NCBI GenBank assembly: GCA_964632795.1
Contig: CAZWEZ010000005.1
Span: forward strand, 314-64,313
Length of the DNA stretch: 64,000 nt
Direction: 5' to 3'
Origin: an uncultured Thalassospiraceae bacterium
GTDB lineage: Bacteria > Pseudomonadota > Alphaproteobacteria > Rhodospirillales > 2-02-FULL-58-16
Shown here in pieces: positions 49,166 through 60,534 of this stretch; positions within the stretch are counted from its first letter, which is position 1; each line of letters starts with the position of its first letter. A model generated the notes under the pieces. The model worked only from the letters and a program-made list of their open reading frames with translations, was not told the DNA's origin and ran no database searches. The translations under genes and the position numbers were made by a program.

Positions 49166-49490
49166 TCACCCGCCAATCGCGCAGGAACCGATGCTTGAGG
49201 TGGTTGCGGTGTGAGCCATTATCTTTCTTCGGGATCATGACCGTGAAGGCGCAGTTATCGTCCTTCTGTGTTTTGCCACGCTCACGGTTGCACCAAGCCC
49301 TGTGAACCGGTGATATCTGGATAACTTGTTGCGGCGGATTGAAGTTGAATAATGGCCGCTTAGGGTCATCTGCGGCCCAAACCGTGCCCTCCAAATGAGG
49401 TCCGCAGCCAGAGGTCAAGCTGACGAAACTCGGTGGATAGCTGACCTTCGGGCTGAACGTCGGCTTGCTGTAGGAAAGCGGTCGTGGTCT

Positions 49491-49523
49491 GGGGTAGCCT
49501 GGAACCGCCGCTGACAGCCAAAA
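49491..49523 (+). repeat. Direct repeat copy 2 (ggggtagcctggaaccgccgctgacagccaaaa)
   Basis: See copy 1. Together the two copies bracket the 48761..49165 gene. Confidence 0.4.
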
Positions 49524-49588
49524 CTCGGACATCAGCCAGTCGCAACAAGTGCCGCGAACCGGCCTTCGCGCCAAACGGAAATGCTGTT

Positions 49589-51313
49589 TTATTGCTCGGT
49601 TAGTCCGGCTTTGTGGAGGCCGTCCAGCAACGAGTCCAGATAATCCTTGGGGACGCTTGGAATGTGACTGCGGATGAAGTCCAGGGTGATGCCAGGACGC
49701 TTCTTCTCCAAATCTTCGCGGGCGTGCCGCGCCTCTTCGGTACGCCCAAGATGGCCGAGCGCGGCGATCATGTAGGTGTACCCGGGCCAGGGGACGGTCT
49801 TTCGAATTCCGATCCGGCCCTTCTCCACCGTCTGGTCGTATTGCCCGAGATAGAAATGGGCAGCCGACAAGCGGGCATAGAACGGTCCGATCCCGGGGTC
49901 GGCGGGGCTCAATTGGATAGCCTCCTCCATATGGGGGATCGCTTCCTCCGCCCGTCCCGAGCGGGTGAGGGACATCCCCAGCAAACTGTGCGCAAGCGCG
50001 CAGCTTGGATTGATGCGGATCGCCTCGCGGTAGGCCGCAATGGCGTCGTCGTTCTGCCGTTCGGGCGGCAGCGTCTGGCCAATGGCGATATGCGCGAAAT
50101 GATCCCTGTCGTCCAGTGACACTGCGGTTTCCGCAGCCCGGAGCGCGGTCTCGCGGTCGGCATCGGTGAGGTCGAGGATCGAGTCCTGGGCATAGGTCCA
50201 AGCCTTGCCGGCGTGGGCGCTGGAGAAATTGGGATCCCGCTCGATTGCTTGTTCGAACAGCCTGCGCGCCTCAAGAACGTCCTCCTTGGTGCGCCGGAAG
50301 ATGTGGGCAATTCCCCGGTGAAAAAGCTCCCAGGCATCCAGATTCTCGGTCGGCTCGGTCTTCACACGTTCGTATTCCGCCCGCCCCAGTTCGGGTTCCA
50401 TCTGGGCGACGATCATTCCGGTGATTTCATCCTGCAGCGCGAACAGATCCTCGAACTTTCGGTCGTACCGTTCCGCCCAAACATGGTTACCGCTCGCCCC
50501 ATCGATCAATTGCGCGGTGATGCGGATGCGTTCGCCAGCCTTGCGCACGCTGCCTTCGAGCACGTAGCGCACGCCCAATTCGTTCGCCACCTGGCGAATG
50601 TCCGGCGAGGTTCCCTTGTAGTGGAAGGTGGAATTGCGGGCGATCACGAAGAAGGTGCGAATGCGCGACAGGGACGTGATGATGTCCTCGACCAGGCCGT
50701 CTCCAATGAAGTCCTGGTCCGTGTCACCCGAGAGATTGTCGAACGGCAAGACGGCAATGGAGGGCTTGTCGGGCGTGGGCGAGTGAATGTCGGGCTTCGT
50801 ACCCTTGGCCCCCGGGGAGATGGCATAGACCCGGACCGGATGGGTGACATGTTTGACCGATTGTTCGCCCAAATCCTGGAACGGCACGTCTATGCGGTTT
50901 CGCACCAGGGCGTGCGTCTCGCCGGAGATGCAGATGCCGCCAGGTTCGGCTAATCCTTCGAGCCGTGCCGCCACGTTGACACCCTCGCCGTGAATGTCCT
51001 CGCCGTCATCAACGATGTCGCCGAGATTAACTCCCATTCGAAATTCTAGGCTGTTCGAGGTCAGGCCTTCCTGCATGGCGATGGCGCAGTTGACCGCGTC
51101 CTGCACCGAAGGAAATTCTACAAGAAACCCATCTCCGGTGAGCTTGACGATTTTGCCGGAATGGGCTCCGACCTGAGGCTTGATCACGTCCTCGCGTGCG
51201 GCTTTCCACGCGGCGACCGTGCCGTCGGTGTCCTCTTCCATGAGGCGCGTGTAACCCGCCACATCAGCGGCCAGGATGGCTGCAAGCCTACGCTGGACCG
51301 GTTGTTCCCTCAC
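49589..51313 (-). CDS. Class III adenylate/guanylate cyclase with C-terminal TPR repeats
   Basis: Cyclase motifs are ILAADVAGYTRLM, KLTGDGFLVEF and GEGVNVAARLE. TPR-like repeats occupy the C-terminal half. Confidence 0.9.
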   Translation of the reverse strand: MREQPVQRRLAAILAADVAGYTRLMEEDTDGTVAAWKAAREDVIKPQVGAHSGKIVKLTGDGFLVEFPSVQDAVNCAIAMQEGLTSNSLEFRMGVNLGDIVDDGEDIHGEGVNVAARLEGLAEPGGICISGETHALVRNRIDVPFQDLGEQSVKHVTHPVRVYAISPGAKGTKPDIHSPTPDKPSIAVLPFDNLSGDTDQDFIGDGLVEDIITSLSRIRTFFVIARNSTFHYKGTSPDIRQVANELGVRYVLEGSVRKAGERIRITAQLIDGASGNHVWAERYDRKFEDLFALQDEITGMIVAQMEPELGRAEYERVKTEPTENLDAWELFHRGIAHIFRRTKEDVLEARRLFEQAIERDPNFSSAHAGKAWTYAQDSILDLTDADRETALRAAETAVSLDDRDHFAHIAIGQTLPPERQNDDAIAAYREAIRINPSCALAHSLLGMSLTRSGRAEEAIPHMEEAIQLSPADPGIGPFYARLSAAHFYLGQYDQTVEKGRIGIRKTVPWPGYTYMIAALGHLGRTEEARHAREDLEKKRPGITLDFIRSHIPSVPKDYLDSLLDGLHKAGLTEQ

Positions 51314-51490
51314 GGCTTTCCCATAGAGCGATTATTCGTCCGCATTCTATGGCAAAAAAGGGGGATTGCAATCAGCAATGAGGAACTGCTGAACTTCCCC
51401 TTTCGGGTCACAAGCGGTACTCCGCGACGGGGGCTCCAGTGGTCTTCCATGTGGCCGCAAGCGGACCCTCGGTTTTTATGAGCACGCACC

Positions 51491-52662
<1,172 letters not shown>

Positions 52663-52664
<2 letters not shown>

Positions 52665-53277
52665 AGGTCGTATCCAGACCCAATATCTTGATTATGGGTT
52701 TGAAGCTCCTCCGGTGGTGGGGCGTCACCCCGAGCCGTTCCAGGGCTTGGCGGTGCTCGGCGGTGCCGTAGCCGGCGTTGCGTTCCCAGCCGTAGCCGGG
52801 GCACTCGGCGGCCAGTCCGGCCATGATCGCATCGCGGGCCACCTTGGCGACCACCGAGGCGGCGGCGATCGACAGGCTGCGCCCGTCGCCCTTGACCACG
52901 CACCGGCACGGACACGGCAAGTCGGGAGCGTGGGTGCCGTCGATCAGCGCCAGGTCGGGGACCGCCCCCAGGTCGTCCACCGCGCGCTCCATCGCCAGCA
53001 GGGCCGCCCGGAGGACGTTCAGGGAGTCGATCTCGGCCACCTCGGCGCGGCCGACGCCGATCCTGGCATGGCCGGCCAGCATCGCCAACAGCGCCCGGCG
53101 GCGGGCGGGGCGAAGTTTCTTCGAATCGTCCAGCCCGTCGCGCAATTCCGCCGGCAGGGTTTGGGCATCGAGGATCACCGCCGCCGCCACCACCGGCCCG
53201 GCCCACGGCCCCCGCCCCGCCTCGTCGATCCCGGCGACGACGCCGCCCGCCTGCCGTTCGATGCTGAAATCCGGCAT
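52663..53277 (-). CDS. rnhB: Ribonuclease HII
   Basis: The [19 protein letters not shown] motif is present. The product is 204 aa. Confidence 0.95.
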
Positions 53278-53284
53278 GATCGAT

Positions 53285-54196
53285 TTATGCCTCCCCGGCC
53301 CGCGCCTCGGCCAGGATCCATTCGCGGAAGGCGGCGATCCTGGGCAGCTCGGCGGTGGCCTCGGGGCTGACCAGGTGATAGGCGAAGTTAGTCGGCAGGA
53401 CCAGGGCGAAGGGCCGGACCAGGCGTCCGGCGGCTAGGTCGTCGACGACCAGGCCGCTGTTGACCATGGCCACCCCGTGGCCCTCGATGGCCGCCTGGAC
53501 GGCCAGGCTCTCGATCGAGTACTCGATCCCCCGGCCGACATCGACCCCGGTCACGCCGGCGGTGCGCAGCCACATCTCCCAGTTGGAACCGGATTCGTTC
53601 TGGCGCTCCCAACTGACGTGGATCAGGGTGAAGCGGCGAAGGTCCTCGGGTTGGCGCAGCCCGTCCGCTCCCTCGATCAGGCGCGGAGCGCAGACCGGAA
53701 ACACCTCCTCGCTGAGCAGTTTGTCCGAGCGCAGGCCGGGATAGCTGCCGAGACCGAAACGGATTCCCACATCGACGTTGTCGCGCGCGAAGTCGGCCAA
53801 CTCCAGTGTGGCCTCGATCCTGACGTTGATCTCGGGGTGGGCGGCTTGAAAGCGGCCCAGGCGGCGGACCAGCCACTTGCCGGCGAAGGACGGGGAGGCG
53901 CTGATCGTCAGGGTGTCCGAATCGACGGCCGTGCGCATCGTCGCGGCGGCCTCGGCCAGGCGGTCGAAGCCCTCGCCCAGGGTCGGCAGGGCGGCCTGGC
54001 CGGCGTCGGTCAGCAGCAGGGCCCGGGTCAGGCGGCGGAACAGCGGCTGGCCGCAGTACTCCTCCAGCGCCTTGACCTGGTGGCTGACCGCGGCCGGGGT
54101 GACGTTGAGCTCCTCGGCCGCCTTGGTGAAGCTGAGGTGGCGGGCGGCGGCCTCGAAGGCGCGTAGCGCATTGAGCGGCGGCAGGCGACGAGGCAT
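53285..54196 (-). CDS. LysR-family transcriptional regulator (GcvA-like)
   Basis: [45 protein letters not shown] is present. An ATG three codons upstream (54205) is also possible. Confidence 0.9.
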   Translation of the reverse strand: MPRRLPPLNALRAFEAAARHLSFTKAAEELNVTPAAVSHQVKALEEYCGQPLFRRLTRALLLTDAGQAALPTLGEGFDRLAEAAATMRTAVDSDTLTISASPSFAGKWLVRRLGRFQAAHPEINVRIEATLELADFARDNVDVGIRFGLGSYPGLRSDKLLSEEVFPVCAPRLIEGADGLRQPEDLRRFTLIHVSWERQNESGSNWEMWLRTAGVTGVDVGRGIEYSIESLAVQAAIEGHGVAMVNSGLVVDDLAAGRLVRPFALVLPTNFAYHLVSPEATAELPRIAAFREWILAEARAGEA

Positions 54197-54316
54197 GGCA
54201 TCCATACAATAGTTTTTCTAAAGCATTATATGAGGAATGATCGTTTGTACACAACGAAAAATTGGACTATTCCTCGTCGGCAGATGAATTATTCTTGGCC
54301 TTGAGAGGAGACCGAC

Positions 54317-54475
54317 ATGTTGAACCCCTATGTGATCCTGACCTCGGGCGGCCAGCCCCCCGTCGACGACCGGGATAACGCCGGCGACACCTTCGGCGAT
54401 CTGATCAGCACCTCCGTTTACCACGGCGTCGGCGCCATCGAACGCCTGATCCGCCGGCTGTCCTCGATCTCCTGA
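54317..54475 (+). CDS. Possible 52-aa protein (MLNPYVILTSGGQPPVDDRDNAGDTFGDLISTSVYHGVGAIERLIRRLSSIS)
   Basis: An ORF found by hand, below the track cut-off. GAGAGGAGA (54303-54311) lies 5 nt before ATG 54317. It is divergent from the LysR gene. Confidence 0.35.
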   Translation: MLNPYVILTSGGQPPVDDRDNAGDTFGDLISTSVYHGVGAIERLIRRLSSIS

Positions 54476-54524
54476 CGCGGTCCCCGGCGGCGAAACGGCG
54501 GCGGCCCGGTGTGGTCCGCCGCCG

Positions 54525-55241
54525 TTGGTGTATGATGGCTGCATCGCCTCGACCGTCGGGACATCCGCCGTGCTCAGCATCGTCATCCCCACCCTGCGGG
54601 CCGCCGCCACCCTCGAGCGGACGCTTGGCGCCGTCGCCGGCGCCGGCATCGTCCACGAGGTCGTCGTCGCCGACGCCGCCAGCACCGACGCCACCCGCCA
54701 GACGGCGGCGCGCGGCGGGGCGCGGGTCATCGAGGCGCCCCGCGGACGCGGCCTCCAGCTCGCCGCCGGGGCCGCCGCCACGGCCGGGGAGTGGCTGCTG
54801 TTCCTGCACGCCGACACCGTGCCCGGAACGGGATGGGCCGAGGCGGTGTCACGCTTCACCGCCGAGCCGGCCAACCGGCGCCGCGCCGCCGTGTTCCGCC
54901 TGGCGCTCGACGATCCGGACCCCCGGGCGCGCCGCCTGGAGCGCCTGGTCGCCTGGCGGACCACCGTCCTCGGCCTGCCTTACGGCGACCAGGGGCTGCT
55001 CATCGCGCGGGCCTTCTACGAGGAGCTCGGCGGCTTCAGGGCGATCGAGCTGATGGAGGACGTGGACATGGTCAGGCGCATCGGCCGGCGCTCCATCACC
55101 GTCCTCGACGCCGTGGCGACGACCTCGGCGGTGCGCTACCGCAAGGACGGCTACTTCGTCCGGGGGCTGCGCAACATCGCCTGCCTGGGCCTGTATTTCC
55201 TCGGCGTGCCGCCGCGTCTGATCGTCCGCCTCTACCGATGA
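54525..55241 (+). CDS. Family 2 glycosyltransferase (TIGR04283-like)
   Basis: LSIVIPTLRAAATLERTL...VVVADAASTDAT...LFLHADT is present. The gene is coupled to the next gene (ATGA at 55238-55241). Confidence 0.8.
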   Translation: MVYDGCIASTVGTSAVLSIVIPTLRAAATLERTLGAVAGAGIVHEVVVADAASTDATRQTAARGGARVIEAPRGRGLQLAAGAAATAGEWLLFLHADTVPGTGWAEAVSRFTAEPANRRRAAVFRLALDDPDPRARRLERLVAWRTTVLGLPYGDQGLLIARAFYEELGGFRAIELMEDVDMVRRIGRRSITVLDAVATTSAVRYRKDGYFVRGLRNIACLGLYFLGVPPRLIVRLYR

Positions 55242-55849
55242 GCCCCGACAACCACCTGGTGGTGTTCGCCAAGACGCCCCGCCTGGGCCGGGTCAAGAGC
55301 CGGCTGGCCGCCGACGTCGGGGCTCTCGCCGCCTGGGCCTTCTACCGCCGCACCGTCGCCGCCGTCCTCGCCCGCCTGGCCGGCGATGGCCGCTGGCGGT
55401 GCTGGCTGGCGGTGACCCCGGACCGCGACCGCCACGACGGCGCCCTGTGGCCGCCGGGGATCCGGCGCCTCGGCCAGGGGAGCGGCGATTTGGGCCGGCG
55501 CATGGCCCGCTGCCTGGCGGCGCTGCCCCCGGGGCCGGCGGTGATCGTCGGCACCGACCTTCCCGACCTCGGCGCCGGCCACGTCGCCCGGGCCTTCCGG
55601 GCGCTGGGGCGCTTTGATGCGGTGTTCGGGCCGGCCGCCGACGGCGGCTACTGGCTGGTCGGCTTGAGGCGGCGGCCGTGCACGCCGGCGCTCTTCGAGG
55701 GTGTGCGCTGGAGCGGCCCCGACGCCCTCGCCGACACCCTCGCCAACCTCGGGGGCGGGAGAAGCGCGGCGATGCTGGAAACCCTGGAGGACATCGACGA
55801 CGGCCCCGCCCTCGAGCGCTGGCGGGCCGGGCGGAGGACGGTCGGCTAG
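55238..55849 (+). CDS. DUF2064 / TIGR04282-family nucleotidyltransferase-like protein
   Basis: The sequence is MSPDNHLVVFAKTPRLGRVKSRLA...IVGTDLPDL...GPAADGGYWLVGL. By recollection this is the usual partner of the preceding GT2. Confidence 0.8.
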   Translation: MSPDNHLVVFAKTPRLGRVKSRLAADVGALAAWAFYRRTVAAVLARLAGDGRWRCWLAVTPDRDRHDGALWPPGIRRLGQGSGDLGRRMARCLAALPPGPAVIVGTDLPDLGAGHVARAFRALGRFDAVFGPAADGGYWLVGLRRRPCTPALFEGVRWSGPDALADTLANLGGGRSAAMLETLEDIDDGPALERWRAGRRTVG

Positions 55850-56035
55850 CGCCCGCTTCTTCCCGCCAAGCGGTCACCCGGCAACAGGCCGCCGAACTTC
55901 GCCTCGCAACCCTTTGCAGACAATCCGATTCGACCTCCGCTCGGTCCAACCCAAAAAGTGGTATAGTTCGTGGGCACGTGTCATTCGCGCTGGATAAACG
56001 ATTCCTGCAACACGCCCAGAGGAGAGGAGGGAAAA

Positions 56036-56296
56036 ATGAAAACGTTATCTCAAGTTTCGTTTTGGCTGGGAATTTTCTGTATCCCGCTTGCGTGGCTGTT
56101 TTGGTACTTCGGGACAGAAATCGAAATCATAAGACCGGTTCTTGGCGGTATTGACGATCCCGCGTTAAGAGCGGTCTTACAAGAAGCTCATGCAGAACGG
56201 TTGGGAACATGGGTAGGTATTTGGCCAGTAACTCTTCTGATATTGAGCCATATCTTTGAAATGAAAGTGCAGGAACACTCCAAGACGACGCCTTAG
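56036..56296 (+). CDS. Small membrane protein (86 aa)
   Basis: GGAGAGGAGGG precedes ATG 56036. The product has two TM helices and the gene is low in GC. Confidence 0.45.
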   Translation: MKTLSQVSFWLGIFCIPLAWLFWYFGTEIEIIRPVLGGIDDPALRAVLQEAHAERLGTWVGIWPVTLLILSHIFEMKVQEHSKTTP

Positions 56297-56518
56297 TGAC
56301 GGGGTTTCCGGACAGCCCATTCTTGGAGAATCTCGGACTTCCGGCACTCGTCCTTAGGCCCGGTTATGGCTAAACTCGGCTGTTCCAGGCTACCTCGGAG
56401 TACGACCGCTCTCCTGCACCAAGCCGGCGTTCGAGCTTGAATGTCGGCTTTCTCGCCGGTTTGGTCATCTTCAGGATGGTCGGCAGTCCTGGCGGTGGTG
56501 AGGCTGTCACCGCTGGCA

Positions 56519-57316
56519 TCAACCCTGTTTCCGGAACACGAGCGTGTAGCTCATCGGCAACCGGGGGCCCTGCTTTTCCACATTCCACCAGGCGTTGGAA
56601 ATGTGATCGGGCAGTTCTTCGAAGTACTCCACGGCCATCCCCGAGCGGATGCCGGCCATGATGATCTCCGACATCGGATGGAGAAAAGATGTGGCCGGCT
56701 TGGCGTCATAGGGTTCGCCGCCATAGTAATCCAACCCCTTCTTTTCCACATAAGGCTCCTTGTCGAAATAGGACAGCTCCCAATCCACGGGGTCGTCCGC
56801 TCCACCGGGCGACATCATCTCGAGAACGGGGTGCTGCTCGTAAATAAAAACAGCGCCGCCGGGGCGAACGAGACGGGTAGTGGAATCGAAGAATCCCTGC
56901 AGGTCCGGCATCCAGCCCAGAACACCGATGGTAATGGTTACCACATCGAAACAGCCGTGGTAGCGCGGGTCGATGCGATAAATGTCGGTGCGGATGAATT
57001 CGCAATCGGCATCCGCCGCCCGGGCCAGTTCACGGGCCTGTTCGACAAATCCCCGAGCCCCGTCGAAGCCGACGCAGCGGGCGGCCCCCATGCGTTTCAC
57101 GCAAATGAGTTCCCGCCCGTTATTGCAGCACACTTGCGCCACATCCTTATCGCGGATGCCGATTGCCTCGAGGCGGGCGGTTTCAATGTCATTGAGCAAC
57201 GAGAAACCCGGATCGCGGAAGGATGCGAGCAGGTTTTGCTGATTGTGCGCCCCATGACGCGGCGCCACTTCTTCCCAGGCTTCGCGGTTCGCTTCGGTAA
57301 TTTCCCTGGTCCCCAT
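56519..57316 (-). CDS. Class I SAM-dependent methyltransferase
   Basis: The start MGTREITEANREAWEEVAP is at CAT 57314-57316 after GGGAGAGGGAG. Motif I is like VAQVCCNNGRE, and LVRPGGAVFIYEQHP is present. Confidence 0.75.
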   Translation of the reverse strand: MGTREITEANREAWEEVAPRHGAHNQQNLLASFRDPGFSLLNDIETARLEAIGIRDKDVAQVCCNNGRELICVKRMGAARCVGFDGARGFVEQARELARAADADCEFIRTDIYRIDPRYHGCFDVVTITIGVLGWMPDLQGFFDSTTRLVRPGGAVFIYEQHPVLEMMSPGGADDPVDWELSYFDKEPYVEKKGLDYYGGEPYDAKPATSFLHPMSEIIMAGIRSGMAVEYFEELPDHISNAWWNVEKQGPRLPMSYTLVFRKQG

Positions 57317-57450
57317 CTCCCTCTCCCGACTTATACCAAGGGGCACTGATAATGACCCATAGAGACGGCAACATGCACTACAAGTGCCAGTGATAGGCCC
57401 CCGGCGGCGCCCTCTCGTAGCGTTTCGTGGAGAAAGTTTAGCGGCCGCTA

Positions 57451-57987
57451 TCAGCCCAGGTGCTCCCTGAGGCGGGGCATCAGTTCGACGAAGTTGCACG
57501 GCCTGTGGCGGCTGTCGAGCTGGTGGACCAGGATATCGTCCCAGGCGTCCTTGCAGGCCCCGGTGGAGCCGGGAATCCCGAACAGGTAGGTGCCCTCGGC
57601 GACCCCGGCGGTGGCCCGGGACTGGATCGCCGCGGTCTTGATCTTGTCGTAGCTGAGCATCCGGAACAGCTCGCCGAAACCTGGGATCTCCTTGTCGTAG
57701 ACCTCCTGGAAGGCTTCGGGCGTGATGTCGCGCCCGGTGATCCCGGTGCCCCCGGTGGCGATCACCGCATCGACCCCCGGATCGGCGATCCAGCCCTTCA
57801 AGGCGGCGACGATGAGGTCCTTGTCGTCGCTCACGATCCGCCGGTCGGCGACCTTGTGGCCGGCCCCCTCGATGCGATCGACCAGGGTCTGGCCCGAGGT
57901 GTCGGTCTCCAGCGTGCGGCTGTCGGAGACCGTCAGCACCGCGATGTTGACGGGAAGAAACGCGCGTTCACCTTCGATCTTGCTCAT
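57451..57987 (-). CDS. moaB: Molybdenum cofactor biosynthesis protein B
   Basis: It has the MoaB/Mog fold signature [15 protein letters not shown]. Confidence 0.9.
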   Translation of the reverse strand: MSKIEGERAFLPVNIAVLTVSDSRTLETDTSGQTLVDRIEGAGHKVADRRIVSDDKDLIVAALKGWIADPGVDAVIATGGTGITGRDITPEAFQEVYDKEIPGFGELFRMLSYDKIKTAAIQSRATAGVAEGTYLFGIPGSTGACKDAWDDILVHQLDSRHRPCNFVELMPRLREHLG

Positions 57988-59797
57988 CTTGCGCCACCAT
58001 CATCGGTTCGCGATCCAATGGTATATAGGTCGGCCAGTCGCCGGCGGCAATGGCGTCCAGTGACGGCGCCGGCTGACCCAGGCGGTTGCGGTAGATCCAA
58101 AGGTTGGTCAACACCCGCTCGATGAAGATGCGGGTCTCGCGCGTGGGCAGGCTCTCGATGAAGAACAGCGGATCGTCCATGTGCTTGATCTCGCGCCGCC
58201 ACTTGTTGAGGTTGCCGGGGCCGCCGTTCCAGGCCGCGGCGAGCAGGAACAAATCGCCCCTGATCTTTTTGTCGGCGAGCAGCATCGAGACGTACTTCTG
58301 GCCCAGGCCGAGGTTGACCACGGGTTCGAACAGGGTCCGCCGCTTGGTGGTCCTGAGCCGCTTGTCGCGGGCGACGAAGCTGGCGGTGCGCGGCATCAGC
58401 TGCATCAGGCCGCTGGCCCCGGCGTAGCTCTTGGCCTTGGGGTTGAAGCGGGATTCCTGACGGACCAGCGCGTAGATCAGCGCCCGGTCGATTCGGAACC
58501 CGCCGTCGGGGCGCCACCCCGGGACCGGGTAGGCGGCGCCGTCGTAACCGCCGCCGTCGGGGAACAGGCGCTCGTTGAGGCGCACCGCCAGGGCCGGCAT
58601 GTCGGCGCGGCTGGCCAGGGCCAGGACGCCGCGTATCAACGCCGGGCCGCCCGAGGCGGCCACGGCGCGCAGTTCCCGTTCGGCCCGCCGGTCGCGGCCG
58701 ACGCGGATCAGGGCCAGCGCGCGGCGCCCTTCCGGGACCGCCTCCAGAGCCTCCACCGCCGCCGTCGCCAGCTCGGGCGTCGCCCAGTCGAACCTGGTCG
58801 GCAAGGCCAGCAGGCGGCGCGCCAGCAGACCGTAGAAGGTGCGCGGATGGGCCGCCGCCTTGGCCAGCAGGGGGGTGACCCTGGCCGGCCGGCGGTCGAC
58901 CAGATGGCTGCGCGCCGCCCAGAAGGCGGCCGCCGAGATCAGCCACGGCGAGTTGGCCTCGCTCGCCACCGCCTCGAAGTGGCGCCCGGCATCGGCGAAG
59001 CGGCCCAGCCGCCAGGCCGCCAGGCCCGCCGTCCAGTTGGCCTCGGGGACAAAGGTTCCCGAACGCCCGGCCGCCCGCCCGGCCCATTGCAGCGCCCATT
59101 CGTCGCGCCCGGCGGCGAAGTAGCCGGCGCCGAGCCCGGCCTGGGCGCTGTCGTATTCGAAAGCGGTGAACAGGTGCTTGACCTTGTCCTCGCGCAACAG
59201 CTTCTTGACCGCCAGGGTCCAGCCTTTCCTCAGGTACCAGCGGATCTTCCGCTGGTAGGCGCGGACCTGCAGGCGTTCATCCTTGGAGCGGCGCTTGGTC
59301 GCCGGCATTGCCGGACCCCGCTTGGCGGCCTCGGCGACGACGGCGGCCGGGCGCCGGGAGAGCGGCGGTTGGGGGGCCTTCCAGTTCTCGGGCCGGCGGC
59401 GAAGGGCCAGCTTGTAGATGCGCCGGGCGTCGGGATGGTCGGCATACAGCGCCATCCAGTCCTTCAGCTCCTTGTAGCGGGAGCGGTACTTGGTCGGATG
59501 CAGGTAGCGCTGGGCCATCACGTGGCCCATAAGAAGGCGGTCGGCGAGTCGGGCGATGAGGCGGTCGGCGGCCTTCCAGTCGCCGTCTTCCTGGACCTCG
59601 AAAATCCGCCGGTAAAGGTCGGCGTCGTCATCGCCGAGGACCCGGGGCAGGACCGCCGCCGCCGCGGGGTCGTCGCCGCCGGGCTCCAGCAACGCCGTCT
59701 CGACGGCATCCGGCACCCGATCGTCGGCCGTCGCCGGCCACCAAACGAGGCCGGAAAAAGCCAACAAGCAAATAATGGAGCGGGAGAATGAGGTCAT
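57968..59797 (-). CDS. slt: Soluble lytic murein transglycosylase (Slt family)
   Basis: A signal peptide is present. The SLT catalytic motif is [25 protein letters not shown]. The 3' end overlaps moaB by 20 nt. Confidence 0.9.
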   Translation of the reverse strand: MTSFSRSIICLLAFSGLVWWPATADDRVPDAVETALLEPGGDDPAAAAVLPRVLGDDDADLYRRIFEVQEDGDWKAADRLIARLADRLLMGHVMAQRYLHPTKYRSRYKELKDWMALYADHPDARRIYKLALRRRPENWKAPQPPLSRRPAAVVAEAAKRGPAMPATKRRSKDERLQVRAYQRKIRWYLRKGWTLAVKKLLREDKVKHLFTAFEYDSAQAGLGAGYFAAGRDEWALQWAGRAAGRSGTFVPEANWTAGLAAWRLGRFADAGRHFEAVASEANSPWLISAAAFWAARSHLVDRRPARVTPLLAKAAAHPRTFYGLLARRLLALPTRFDWATPELATAAVEALEAVPEGRRALALIRVGRDRRAERELRAVAASGGPALIRGVLALASRADMPALAVRLNERLFPDGGGYDGAAYPVPGWRPDGGFRIDRALIYALVRQESRFNPKAKSYAGASGLMQLMPRTASFVARDKRLRTTKRRTLFEPVVNLGLGQKYVSMLLADKKIRGDLFLLAAAWNGGPGNLNKWRREIKHMDDPLFFIESLPTRETRIFIERVLTNLWIYRNRLGQPAPSLDAIAAGDWPTYIPLDREPMMVAQDEQDRR

Positions 59798-59967
59798 ATG
59801 AATAAACGAACTCTTGAGCCAACTAACGATCCGTAATCTCTATAAAGCACCTCCACGGGGAGGACAACCGTTTGGGCGGCTACAAATTCACACATTTTGT
59901 GGAATAGATCAATATCATATCTATATTTGGTGAATGCATGGAGTCGCCCGCCGTTTTCCGGTCTCCC

Positions 59968-60510
59968 TCAGGGAGCCGCGCGGCAGGCGATCAGGTTGAC
60001 CGCGGACATGCTCATCGCCACCACGCGGTCCTGGTTCAGGACCTCGATCAGGGAGCGCACCACGCCGCGGTCCGGCTTGGAGGCCGAACGCCTGGCCTCG
60101 AGGATCGTGACCCGCACCGACAGGGTGTCGCCGGGGCGCACCGGAGCCCGCCAGCGCAGCTCGTCGATCCCCGGCGAACCCAGGCTCGAGGCGTTCGACA
60201 GGTAGTGGCGGACGTACAGCCGCATGGTCATGGCGGCGGTATGCCAGCCGCTGGCGATGAGGCCGCCGAAGGCCCCGGCGCGGGCCTTTTCGGGGTCGGT
60301 GTGCATGTCCTGGGGGTCGTAGCGGCGCGCGAAGTCGAGGACCTCGGCCTCCTCGACGACGAGCGAGCCAAGCTCGTGGACGTCTCCCGTCACGTAGTCC
60401 TCGAAATAACGATCCGCATCGGGTGCGGTGAACGGCTGCCTGCTCAAGGTGCGCCTCGTCCCTTCGGTTTCACGGACAGCTCCCTTGCCACCGGCCCGAC
60501 CCGCTGTCAA
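59968..60510 (-). CDS. MaoC-like (hot-dog) dehydratase
   Basis: DFARRYDPQDMHTDPEKARAGAFGGLIASGWHT is present. The start is uncertain, and the listed ORF is probably N-terminally too long. Confidence 0.8.
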   Translation of the reverse strand: MTAGRAGGKGAVRETEGTRRTLSRQPFTAPDADRYFEDYVTGDVHELGSLVVEEAEVLDFARRYDPQDMHTDPEKARAGAFGGLIASGWHTAAMTMRLYVRHYLSNASSLGSPGIDELRWRAPVRPGDTLSVRVTILEARRSASKPDRGVVRSLIEVLNQDRVVAMSMSAVNLIACRAAP

Positions 60511-60516
60511 GCCCGG

Positions 60517-60525
60517 CGAAAATTA
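60517..60525. repeat. 9-bp direct repeat CGAAAATTA (left target-site duplication)
   Basis: It is identical to 63405-63413 and lies immediately outside the left inverted repeat. Confidence 0.6.
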
Positions 60526-60534
60526 GGCACTGTC

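Noticed and set aside
48978-50201. A 407-aa ORF on the minus strand spans the secreted-protein gene, the intergenic region and the 3' part of the cyclase gene. It includes a stretch, NRERGKTQKDDNCAFTVMIPKK, that briefly looked like a mobile-element fragment.
   Set aside because: No recognisable family motif is present. It overlaps two better-supported genes and its composition is typical of an out-of-frame read.
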